Of a DNA stretch of 42,094 bases, positions 1-7,612 are shown piece by piece (the stretch's first letter is position 1; every line of letters begins with the position of its first letter). The stretch lies in contig JAUIEY010000001.1 of the NCBI GenBank assembly GCA_030429685.1, positions 1-42,094 of the forward strand. Direction: 5' to 3'. Source of the DNA: Gammaproteobacteria bacterium. GTDB taxonomy: Bacteria > Pseudomonadota > Gammaproteobacteria > Steroidobacterales > GCA-2729495. Both the position numbers and the translations under genes were made by a program. A model generated the notes under the pieces. The model saw nothing but the letters and a program-made list of their open reading frames with translations. It did not search any database and was not told the origin of the DNA.

Positions 1-333
1 CAGCAAACCCTGTTCCGCCAGCACCACGTGGCCGATACCCTGCATGTCAAAAAACTTACTGATGCCGAAATGTCTGGCAAAATCGCGCGTCAGTTTGAGA
101 ATCGCCGCCGATTGCGCATCAACCGCGGGCACAAAATGATCGGTCATGAGGACGATCCTGTCCGGATCCCAGACACCGACTCCCAGCTCTTTCAGCCGCG
201 GCCAGATACGTCGCGGACCACCGGAATCCAGCAGCAAGGCGAGATCCACATCGCAGGTGACGATTTCACCGCAACGCACCGCATCCCTGCCGCAGGCGCG
301 GGCGATTATTTTCTGTACCAGGGTCTGCGCCAT
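1..333 (-). CDS. aconitase-superfamily dehydratase large subunit (LeuC/HacA-like), N-terminal part; gene runs off the left edge
   Basis: Absent from the ORF track because it is open at the edge. Reverse translation from ATG (333-331) gives MAQTLVQKIIARACGRDAVRCGEIVTCDVDLALLLDSGGPRRIWPRLKELGVGVWDPDRIVLMTDHFVPAVDAQSAAILKLTRDFARHFGISKFFDMQGIGHVVLAEQGLL. This matches the N-terminal layout of archaeal-type isopropylmalate/homoaconitate dehydratase large subunits. Confidence 0.7.
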   Translation of the reverse strand, partial: MAQTLVQKIIARACGRDAVRCGEIVTCDVDLALLLDSGGPRRIWPRLKELGVGVWDPDRIVLMTDHFVPAVDAQSAAILKLTRDFARHFGISKFFDMQGIGHVVLAEQGLL

Positions 334-345
334 TGACTGCCGGAA

Positions 346-1131
346 TCAGGAATTGCTCTGCGTGCGCCCGGCACGCTGACTGCGGGAAAAATGCTCCCCG
401 GGCGGCTGGTGCTTGCGCAGACGCACGGGATTGCGGTGGCGGCGTAACCGCAGGTTGAGCATCTCCACGCAAAAGGAGAAAAACATCGCGAAGTAAATGT
501 AGCCCTTGGGAATATGCAGATCAAAGCCCTCGCCCAGCAATGCCACACCAATCAGCACCAAAAAGCTCAGCGCCAGCATTTTGACCGTCGGATGCTGATC
601 CACAAAATCGCCGATACCCTTGGCGGCAAACATCATCACCAATACCGCCAGCACCACGGCAATGATCATTACCTGCACATGCTCGGCCATACCCACTGCC
701 GTAATGACTGAGTCCAGCGAAAACACCATGTCGATAAGCGCAATCTGCACCAGCACAGCCGAAAAGCTGGCAACCACCACAGCGCCGGTCTCTTCCTCGC
801 CTTCAAGCGAGTCATGAATCTCCAGCGTGGCCTTGGCAATCAGAAACAGGCCGCCGCCCAGCAGGATCAGATCGCGCCCCGAGAATTCCATCCCAAACAG
901 GCTGAACAGCGTGGCACCCAGGCCCATGATCCAGGACAACAACAACAACAGCACAATGCGCATGCCCATGGCCAGGCCAAGGCCGATAATGCGGGCCTGC
1001 TGGCGCTGCTCCGGCGGCAATCGGCCAACCAGCACGGAGATAAATACGATGTTGTCGATGCCGAGCACAATCTCGAGCACCGTCAGAGTGGCCAGCGCCA
1101 CCCAGGCTTCAGGTGATGTGATCCATTCCAT
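346..1131 (-). CDS. TerC-family integral membrane protein
   Basis: 261-aa ORF. The N-terminus WVALATLTVLEIVLGIDNIVFISVL and the repeated hydrophobic helices are typical of TerC/YgdQ-type proteins. It starts 31 nt after the UbiD-like stop and ends 12 nt before the LeuC-like start. Confidence 0.85.
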   Translation of the reverse strand: MEWITSPEAWVALATLTVLEIVLGIDNIVFISVLVGRLPPEQRQQARIIGLGLAMGMRIVLLLLLSWIMGLGATLFSLFGMEFSGRDLILLGGGLFLIAKATLEIHDSLEGEEETGAVVVASFSAVLVQIALIDMVFSLDSVITAVGMAEHVQVMIIAVVLAVLVMMFAAKGIGDFVDQHPTVKMLALSFLVLIGVALLGEGFDLHIPKGYIYFAMFFSFCVEMLNLRLRRHRNPVRLRKHQPPGEHFSRSQRAGRTQSNS

Positions 1132-1162
1132 TCAGACGAACCTCATCCACAGCCCGCCAGGA

Positions 1163-2656
1163 TCACAGTACGTCTTTGAGTTTTTCCGCAATGCTGGCGA
1201 CTTCCTCAGGCGTCGGCATGCTGACTTCCTGATATTTCTCAAAGCGCTCCGGTACTTTCATGGTGGCGTCAATGCCCATCTGGGAACTGACCACCGGGAA
1301 TCCATGGTGTCCTTTGGTCGCCGACGGGTCGAGAATAAAAGCCTGACCGGACGGATTGATAATAGTGTCTTCGGCAGGCTGCACCCGCGTTGCAATCGCC
1401 CATTCAATCGAATCCATGTCGTAAGGATCCACATCCGGGCCGACCACAATAACGATCTTGGCCGTCCGCCCCCAGCGGCCGGCTGAACCCCACACTGCGT
1501 TAATTATGTACTTGCCGAATTCCGCATGCGGCTTGCGCCCCGCATCGACATTCAGCTGCACGATGTACGTCATGTTTGGCGTCACCACCACGTCCTGCAC
1601 TTCCGGAATCTTGCGCTGCAGGTCAGAAAGAATTTCGCCTTCCACTGGTACCAACGCCTGATAGTTGTGATCGAACGGCGGGATCATTTCCATGGTGCCG
1701 TACCACAGCGGATTCTTGCGATGCGTGATACAGGTGACTTCAAAACGCGGAAACACCTGCACGGCATCATAGTAACCAACCGGATTGGAGTGGTTGCCGA
1801 TGGTGGTTTCCGATTCAGGAATGAACACGCCTTCAATGATGTACTCAGCCGTGGCCGGCACTTCAAGATCAACCGTCTCGCACTTCACAAGTTCCACCGG
1901 TGCGCCGCGCAGACCGCCAGCGAATTCGATTTCATTTCTGCCAAACGGCACGCTGGTTGCACCCGCCATGTGCAGGGCGGGGTCACACTGCAGGGCGAAT
2001 GCCACTTCCAGCGGTTTGCCCATGGCTGCCGCGCGCGCCAGATGCAGACCAATATGGCTCATTGGCGGATTCCAGAAAGCAAACACCGACAACTGTTTCT
2101 TTTGCTGTTCTTCCGGGTATTCTTCGCCGAAAGGGTGATGGGCATTCCACAACTGGGTGATCCGGTAACACCCCATGTTGATATCACCGGTTTCCGGGTT
2201 TTTGGTGATGCCCAGGCCGCCGGTGATGTATGAGGCAGCTTCCTTGCCGAAAAATATGTGTGGCAGGTTTTTATCCAGCGAGATGTCTTCTTTGTTGATA
2301 ATGACTTCTTTGCAGGGCGCCTGCCCCTTGTCGACCATTACCGGCTTGTGCCAGGAAGCCGTGTCGGACAAAACCTTCGCGTGCTTATGCTTGGTTTCCA
2401 GCGCTTCGCTACAATCGATCATCATCGCCGTGCGCTCGCGGGTGCCAAACGGATTAAAAATTACCGGCACATCCGGTGTGTTATAGCCTTCAAGGTTATT
2501 CAGAATTGCAGCGGGGCCATCGTTCTGACACAACAGCCGCATCAGCGCCTGTAGTTCATTGTCACCGTGCGCTGCCTTGATCGGCACGTCGATATGTTTC
2601 AGCTGGCCTTTTTTCTCGAGCACATCGAGAAATTCACGCATATCCTTGTAGGGCAT
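1163..2656 (-). CDS. UbiD-family (prFMN-dependent) decarboxylase, not the ubiquinone type
   Basis: 497 aa. MPYKDMREFLDVLEKKGQL N-terminus, GRNEIEFAGGLRGAPVELVKCETVDLEVPATAEYIIEG core, ITHRKNPLW and GIDAT motifs are characteristic of UbiD. It has IGNHSNPVGYYD where, as I recall it, ubiquinone UbiD has EGPFGDHTGYY. Confidence 0.9.
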   Translation of the reverse strand: MPYKDMREFLDVLEKKGQLKHIDVPIKAAHGDNELQALMRLLCQNDGPAAILNNLEGYNTPDVPVIFNPFGTRERTAMMIDCSEALETKHKHAKVLSDTASWHKPVMVDKGQAPCKEVIINKEDISLDKNLPHIFFGKEAASYITGGLGITKNPETGDINMGCYRITQLWNAHHPFGEEYPEEQQKKQLSVFAFWNPPMSHIGLHLARAAAMGKPLEVAFALQCDPALHMAGATSVPFGRNEIEFAGGLRGAPVELVKCETVDLEVPATAEYIIEGVFIPESETTIGNHSNPVGYYDAVQVFPRFEVTCITHRKNPLWYGTMEMIPPFDHNYQALVPVEGEILSDLQRKIPEVQDVVVTPNMTYIVQLNVDAGRKPHAEFGKYIINAVWGSAGRWGRTAKIVIVVGPDVDPYDMDSIEWAIATRVQPAEDTIINPSGQAFILDPSATKGHHGFPVVSSQMGIDATMKVPERFEKYQEVSMPTPEEVASIAEKLKDVL

Positions 2657-2839
2657 TGAATTCGACTCCGAATAATATTTTTTCTGTTGGCCCGGCCGGG
2701 CTGCGCGGCGTTGTATCCGAGCCGCCCCGGGGCTGGAACAATAGCACGTCTGCTCCGCCGCAGTCTGCTACCATTTGCCGGCGCAGGGCCTGCTGCTGTT
2801 GAGTTTTATCAATGTCGCAGCAGGGAAAATAATCTAGCC

Positions 2840-2851
2840 TAGCGGCCGCTA
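2840..2851. repeat. 12-nt perfect palindrome TAGCGGCCGCTA in the ubiD/SDR divergent intergenic region
   Basis: Read directly at 2840-2851. It lies about 50 nt upstream of the SDR start codon and is a possible operator. Confidence 0.4.
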
Positions 2852-2902
2852 ATCTCCACTAGCTGACTGCGTCAACCGGCATACCACCACGAGGAAGAAA
2901 TC

Positions 2903-3700
2903 ATGCCCGACTCTGAACGCAAAGTTGCCATTGTTACCGGCTCTGCCACCGGCGTAGGGGCAGCTGCTGCCATCATGCTGGCCGAGCGCGGCTGCAACGT
3001 AATAATCAATTACACGCGCAGCAAGGACGATGCCGAAGCGACCGCTGCAGAATGCCGCTCCCATGGCGTGGAAGCGATCACTTTTCAGGCCGACGTTTCG
3101 GAAGATGATCAGTGCCGCGCCATGGCGCAGGCCGCCATTGATACCTGGGGGCGCATTGATTACCTGATCAACAATGCCGCGCGCACCAAGTTCAACCCCT
3201 TCCCACAGATGGACGGAGTTAACAAGCAGGACTTTCTCGATATATATGCGGTCAATGTTGTCGGCCCGTACCAGATGATCCGTGCGGTGGAGCCGCACAT
3301 GCGCAAAAACGGCGGTGCGATTGTTAATGACTCATCCATCGGCGGGGTTACCGGCATTGCATCCTCCATTCCCTATGCTGCTTCGAAAGCGGCGCTGAAC
3401 CTGATGACTAAATCGCTGGCACATGTACTCGGGCCCGAAATCCGTATCAACACGGTGGTACCCGGCATGATCCAGACACGCTGGCTCAAAGGCGGCCTGG
3501 GTGATGAAGACTATGAAAAGATGCTGGCAGCGACAGCAGCCGGCCTGCCACTGAAAAAAGTTGCCACCGCGGAGGAAGTCGCCGAAGTACTCGTCTGGTT
3601 CCTTGAAGGCGCCTCGGTGGTAACCGGCGAAACACTGATCGTGGACAGCGGCCTGCATCTGGGTCCGTTCCCGCCTTATGCCAGTGGCGAGGAAATGTAG
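2903..3700 (+). CDS. SDR-family oxidoreductase (FabG-like)
   Basis: 265 aa. Cofactor motif VAIVTGSATGVG, NNAA, and catalytic S...YAASKAA. RBS GAGGAAG lies 5 nt upstream of the ATG. Confidence 0.9.
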   Translation: MPDSERKVAIVTGSATGVGAAAAIMLAERGCNVIINYTRSKDDAEATAAECRSHGVEAITFQADVSEDDQCRAMAQAAIDTWGRIDYLINNAARTKFNPFPQMDGVNKQDFLDIYAVNVVGPYQMIRAVEPHMRKNGGAIVNDSSIGGVTGIASSIPYAASKAALNLMTKSLAHVLGPEIRINTVVPGMIQTRWLKGGLGDEDYEKMLAATAAGLPLKKVATAEEVAEVLVWFLEGASVVTGETLIVDSGLHLGPFPPYASGEEM

Positions 3701-3723
3701 TTACGGGTATGTAGAATGGAGTC

Positions 3724-4677
3724 GTGACCACGGCCCGGAAAATAGCAGACATTAAATCCCGCCTCAGCATTCCAGCGTTTGCGGCGCCGATGTTTCTGAT
3801 ATCGGGCCCTGACCTGGTCATTGCTGCCTGTAAAGCGGGTGTGATCGGTGCCTTCCCGACGCTGAATGCCAGACCGGTCGCTGTGCTGGAAGCATGGCTG
3901 CAACGCATAACCAGCGAACTGGCAGAGGCGGAACAGGCAAGTCCGGGAAAAATTGCGCCGTGGGCTGCCAACCTGATTGTGCACAAGAACAACCGCCGCT
4001 TCGACCCCGACTTCGAACTCATCCTCCGCTATCAGCCGGAAATCGTCATCACCTCACTGGGCAGCCCGGCACGGGTTGCTGACCAGATACACGGCTATGG
4101 CGGGCTGGTGTTTGCCGACGTCAACAGTGTTGAATTTGCGCGCAAAGCTGCCGAGCGCGGTGCCGATGGGCTGATTCTCATTTGTCAGGGTGCCGGCGGA
4201 CACACGGGCTTTAGCCCTGCACAGGAATTTGTGCCGCAGGTACGCGAGTTTTTCCCCGGGCCTATTATTGTCGGCGGCGCCATCAGCACCGGTGCGGACA
4301 TCAGGGCTGTGATCGATTGCGGTGCTGATTTTGCCTACATGGGAACACGCTTTATTGCCACCGATGAGTGTCAGGCCCAGGACGCTTACAAACAAATGGT
4401 GGTGGATGCCAGCGCCGCAGACATTGTACTGACGCCCTATTTCACCGGCGTGCCGGCGCACTTTCTGCTGCCCAGTATCCGCGCTGCCGGTATCGATCCC
4501 GCTGTGCTCGAAGCAACCAAGGGGCAGCTGGGCTTTGCCGCCGATGGCGAGGACGACGGCAAGGATTTGTCAGCCTGGCGGGACATCTGGTCAGCCGGCA
4601 AAGGCGTGGACCGCATCCACGAGGTGCTGCCGGCTGCGGAACTGATACAGCGGCTAAGGGATGAATACCGTGCCTGA
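3724..4677 (+). CDS. nitronate monooxygenase / FabK-like FMN oxidoreductase family protein
   Basis: 317 aa with a GTG start. It has FAAPMFLISGPDLVIAACKAGVIGAFP and GADGLILICQGAGGHTG motifs typical of the NMO (2-nitropropane dioxygenase) family. Confidence 0.85.
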   Translation: MTTARKIADIKSRLSIPAFAAPMFLISGPDLVIAACKAGVIGAFPTLNARPVAVLEAWLQRITSELAEAEQASPGKIAPWAANLIVHKNNRRFDPDFELILRYQPEIVITSLGSPARVADQIHGYGGLVFADVNSVEFARKAAERGADGLILICQGAGGHTGFSPAQEFVPQVREFFPGPIIVGGAISTGADIRAVIDCGADFAYMGTRFIATDECQAQDAYKQMVVDASAADIVLTPYFTGVPAHFLLPSIRAAGIDPAVLEATKGQLGFAADGEDDGKDLSAWRDIWSAGKGVDRIHEVLPAAELIQRLRDEYRA

Positions 4678-5086
4678 TTTTATATTGCCGCTGGCAGGCG
4701 GACTGCTCATTGGCACCAGTGCGTTGCTGATGTTACTGGTACTCGGACGCATTACCGGCATCAGCGGTATTTACGCAGCGCTATTTGGCAAAGAACCCGG
4801 CGGTGCCTGGCGCTGGGCATTTGTCGCCGGCCTGCTTGCGGGGCCGCTGCTATACCACTGGCTGAGCGCCAGTCCGGCACCGTTGCCCAGCGACGCACCG
4901 GCCGTGCTGACAGTGCTCGCAGGCCTGCTGGTGGGCTTTGGCACACGTTACGCCGGCGGTTGCACCAGCGGTCACGGCGTCTGTGGCATAGGCCGGCTAT
5001 CACCGCGCTCCATGGCGGCGACGGCAGCGTTTATCGGCGCCGGCATGCTGACAGTTTTTCTGGTGCGCTTGCTGACGAGCGGCTGA
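4661..5086 (+). CDS. YeeE/YedE-family membrane protein (half-size, sulfur-compound transport family)
   Basis: 141 aa, 4 predicted helices, GGCTSGHGVCG motif. It overlaps the upstream stop by 17 nt. An alternative GTG start at 4670 has better spacing from the AAGGG RBS. Confidence 0.8.
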   Translation: MNTVPDFILPLAGGLLIGTSALLMLLVLGRITGISGIYAALFGKEPGGAWRWAFVAGLLAGPLLYHWLSASPAPLPSDAPAVLTVLAGLLVGFGTRYAGGCTSGHGVCGIGRLSPRSMAATAAFIGAGMLTVFLVRLLTSG

Positions 5087-5095
5087 AACCGGTTT

Positions 5096-5518
5096 ATGCG
5101 CAATTTACTGGCGGCATTGTGCGGCATCCTGTTCGGTATCGGGCTGGCCGTATCGGGCATGACGGACACACGCGTGGTGCTCGGGTTTCTCGATATCACC
5201 GGCAATTGGAACCCGGCACTGATCTATGTGATGGGCGGTGCGCTCGCTGTCACCATCCCGGGCTTCTGGCTGACGCAGAAAAAATCCGCGCCGCTGCTCG
5301 ACAGCCAGTTTCATTTGCCCGCCAGCTGCAGCATTGAAGCCCGACCAATAGTCGGCTCGGTAATTTTTGGTATCGGCTGGGGACTTTACGGTTATTGCCC
5401 GGGACCGGCGCTGGCGTCATTGTCTGCACTGCACTGGCAACCGCTGCTGTTTGTGGCGGCCATGACCGCCGGCATGTGGCTGGAGAAAGCCCTGAGCTCG
5501 CTCCGCAGCCGAACCTAA
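5096..5518 (+). CDS. YeeE/YedE-partner membrane protein (second half-size subunit)
   Basis: 140 aa, hydrophobic, GYCPGPALASL motif. It starts 9 nt after the preceding YeeE/YedE gene; the pair arrangement is typical. Confidence 0.75.
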   Translation: MRNLLAALCGILFGIGLAVSGMTDTRVVLGFLDITGNWNPALIYVMGGALAVTIPGFWLTQKKSAPLLDSQFHLPASCSIEARPIVGSVIFGIGWGLYGYCPGPALASLSALHWQPLLFVAAMTAGMWLEKALSSLRSRT

Positions 5519-6006
5519 GGGCGAAATTCCACCCGGTAGCCGAAGCCTTTGGCATTGTCGATCAGACGGATTGTCTCCGGACGAACGCAGTAAAAATTAG
5601 CCGCCTTGAGACGCCTCGCAATGGTTTCTTCATGCTCGCCCTCCGGGGACTGAAACAACGCATCGATCTGCGGAAATTTCCTGAAATACAGCAACAGGGC
5701 TTTGGCGCGCTCGGCACCTTCGACAACGGCAACGCGCCCGGCTATCTGCAGCCCCCGCACTTCATGCCAGTTGTCGCAATCCGGATTCACGGTCGCGGCC
5801 ACCGCCGGATTGTCAGCCATGTCGCGCCCGTGCCGGGTGCGATGGTCGGAAACAAAATACAGATTGAAATTCTTGTCGGCGGCGAAAAAAACGGTCGCAG
5901 CCCACGGCTCCGCCGCCGCAGAAGCCGTCGCCAGCGTCAGCGTGCCGATTTCATCAAGGAACCGTGCTGCGGTAGCCCGGGCTTCCTGCTCAACAGCATC
6001 AGTCAT
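5515..6006 (-). CDS. pyridoxamine 5'-phosphate oxidase-like FMN-binding protein
   Basis: The ORF track gives 5515..6111, but that N-terminus overlaps ubiX. The internal ATG at 6006 gives MTDAVEQEARATAARFLDEIGTLTLATASAAAEPWAATVFFAADKNFNLYFVSDHRTRH, a typical PNPOx-like split-barrel start. Confidence 0.75.
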   Translation of the reverse strand: MTDAVEQEARATAARFLDEIGTLTLATASAAAEPWAATVFFAADKNFNLYFVSDHRTRHGRDMADNPAVAATVNPDCDNWHEVRGLQIAGRVAVVEGAERAKALLLYFRKFPQIDALFQSPEGEHEETIARRLKAANFYCVRPETIRLIDNAKGFGYRVEFRP

Positions 6007-6061
6007 ACAAGAATTTGCGCCACTTGAATCTGCACCGCCTGAATCTGTGCTGCTTGCGCGG

Positions 6062-6646
6062 TCAGGTTTTTTTGCGCGGCTTGGCGCCGGCCCAGCGCTT
6101 GACGATTGCATTATCCAGACCGAACAGGTCTAGCACGCGGCCGACATTGTGATTGACAAGGTCGTCAATGGTTTGCGGATTGTTGTAAAAAGCCGGCATC
6201 GGCGGCGCAATCAATGCGCCCATCTGCGTCGCCTCATGCAGCATTTTGCAATGTCCGGCATGCAGGGGCGTTTCCCGCGGCATCAGCACCAACCGGCGCT
6301 GTTCCTTGAGCACCACGTCGGCCGCGCGGGCCACCAGCGTATCGGCATAGGAATTGACAATAGCCGACAGAGTTTTCATGGAGCACGGCGCGACCACCAT
6401 ACCGCCGGTCTTGAATGAGCCGCTGGCAATAGTCGCGGCGAGATTCTGATCACTGTGCACCTCGTCGGCCAGCGCCTCAACATCCTTTACGTCCCAGTCA
6501 GTTTCCAGCGCAATATTCAGCTTGCCGCCATTGCTAATAACCAGATGGGTTTCCACGTCTGCCTGGTCTTTAAGCACTTCCAGCATACGGATGCCATAGA
6601 CCACGCCGCTGGCGCCGGAGATTCCTACAATCAGTCGCATAGTCAA
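6062..6646 (-). CDS. ubiX: flavin prenyltransferase UbiX
   Basis: 194 aa. RLIVGISGASGVVYG, SGSFKTGGMVVAPCSMKTLSAI, RAADVVLKEQRRLVLMPRETPLH and PPMPAFY are near-identical in layout to E. coli UbiX. Confidence 0.93.
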   Translation of the reverse strand: MTMRLIVGISGASGVVYGIRMLEVLKDQADVETHLVISNGGKLNIALETDWDVKDVEALADEVHSDQNLAATIASGSFKTGGMVVAPCSMKTLSAIVNSYADTLVARAADVVLKEQRRLVLMPRETPLHAGHCKMLHEATQMGALIAPPMPAFYNNPQTIDDLVNHNVGRVLDLFGLDNAIVKRWAGAKPRKKT

Positions 6647-6706
6647 CCTGAAAATTCCTGCCTGTTAAGTGATCTACCTTGCATTAGAAATGCCGGCAGA
6701 CGCAAG

Positions 6707-7483
6707 CTAATCTCCGCTCGATATATCGTCTTCAGGCATGTGCAGACGCGGGCCGCGATGCTGCCCCGGAGTTGCCGGCTCGATTTCCGGGCGCAGGCGG
6801 TAGTTCTCTATCTGCCCGGCGCTATGAAAATACAGTGGTTTCGCCGTATCGAGATGCTCCAGCATGGCGTGATAACGATCGAGTTCCGCGTTCATGGCAT
6901 CTTCGCCGATAAACGGAATGCCGTGGGCAACAAAGGGCGGCATCACCGTGTACCCGACTATGCCGAGTATCCCGGCGTGAATTGGCCACAGCACGCGCTC
7001 AATGTCGCCGTTGCGGCCATCCTTGGCGAATGCGGCTGCGGGCGCACTGGTCGAAACCGACAGCATCGCGCGACGACCTGTGAAAACTCCCTTCTCCCAA
7101 GTCTGACCAAAATCATAAGCCGAGCCGAAGGCAAACACCCTGTCTATCCAGCCTTTCATTATTGCCGGCATGGAAAACCACCACATAGGAAATTGCAGAA
7201 TCAGCAGGTCGGCGCGCAACAAACGGCCTATTTCGGTAGATATATCTTCACTGAACAGGGCATTGGTAGAGGCATGCATCTGCTCTTCGCCGAGACTGAA
7301 AAACCTGTCATTTTTGCGGCTGATGACATCGTTGGGGCCGGCCACCGGATTGAAACGCTGTGCATACAGGTCGCTCACCACCACCTCATGCCCCGCCCCG
7401 CGAAACACGTCCAGCGCGACACTCAGCAACGAGCTGTTAAATGACTGCGGCTCGGGATGAGCATAAACAATGAGCACCCGCAT
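6707..7483 (-). CDS. NAD(P)H dehydrogenase (quinone), flavodoxin-like fold (NQO1/MdaB-like)
   Basis: 258 aa. MRVLIVYAHPEPQSFNSSL and LILQFPMWWFSMPAIMKGWIDRV are hallmarks of the Flavodoxin_2 NQO family. It ends 60 nt upstream of ubiX on the same strand. Confidence 0.85.
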   Translation of the reverse strand: MRVLIVYAHPEPQSFNSSLLSVALDVFRGAGHEVVVSDLYAQRFNPVAGPNDVISRKNDRFFSLGEEQMHASTNALFSEDISTEIGRLLRADLLILQFPMWWFSMPAIMKGWIDRVFAFGSAYDFGQTWEKGVFTGRRAMLSVSTSAPAAAFAKDGRNGDIERVLWPIHAGILGIVGYTVMPPFVAHGIPFIGEDAMNAELDRYHAMLEHLDTAKPLYFHSAGQIENYRLRPEIEPATPGQHRGPRLHMPEDDISSGD

Positions 7484-7612
7484 ACGGTTCCCCGATCTGT
7501 GTGGAAATCAATACGTTATGACCCGACGACGTGCTGGTTATGTGACGTGGCGCACATTTCGCATGTCTAAGGCAGCACAAAATTAGTCATAACTCGCAAG
7601 AGATTGTACGCG

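Noticed and set aside
933-955. A short CAA/TTG triplet run (GACAACAACAACAACAGCAC) inside the TerC gene, considered as a possible contingency repeat.
   Set aside because: It has only four repeat units, is in-frame and encodes a Leu run in a transmembrane helix (RIVLLLLLSW). It is too short for slipped-strand phase variation.
1132-1162. A possible yybP-ykoY (manganese) riboswitch in front of the TerC-family gene.
   Set aside because: Only 31 nt separate the UbiD-like stop from the TerC start. That is too short for the riboswitch, and no conserved riboswitch sequence is visible.
2734-2746. A sigma54-like TGGAAC...GCA element upstream of the SDR operon.
   Set aside because: The GG and GC dinucleotides are 9 nt apart instead of the required spacing in TGGCAC-N5-TTGC. 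No enhancer-binding protein gene is nearby.
5515-6111. Long N-terminal extensions offered by the ORF track. Affected ORFs: 5515..6111, 14535..15758, 15421..16218, 22414..22845, 22855..23553, 23312..24754, 27728..28315, 30369..31241 and 34673..36391.
   Set aside because: The extensions overlap the neighbouring gene or add low-complexity residues ahead of a recognisable family N-terminus or signal peptide. Internal starts with sensible spacing were chosen instead, and they remain unverified.
6455-7444. A 329-aa plus-strand ORF antisense to the NQO-like gene. Similar long antisense ORFs occur at 24834..25793, 10971..11672, 19817..20603, 21367..22029, 33028..33738, 37281..37904 and 41340..41987.
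   Set aside because: They are Arg/His/Gly-rich with no recognisable motifs. Each exactly shadows a well-supported gene on the other strand, which is the usual stop-codon-poor antisense frame of high-GC DNA.
7503-7532. GGAAATC-N17-CGACGT upstream of the small hypothetical gene, considered as a third copy of the ECF-like motif found at 10481-10543.
   Set aside because: It is only a loose match: both the -35 and -10 differ from TGAATC / CGAAA. I cannot distinguish it from chance without a genome-wide motif model.
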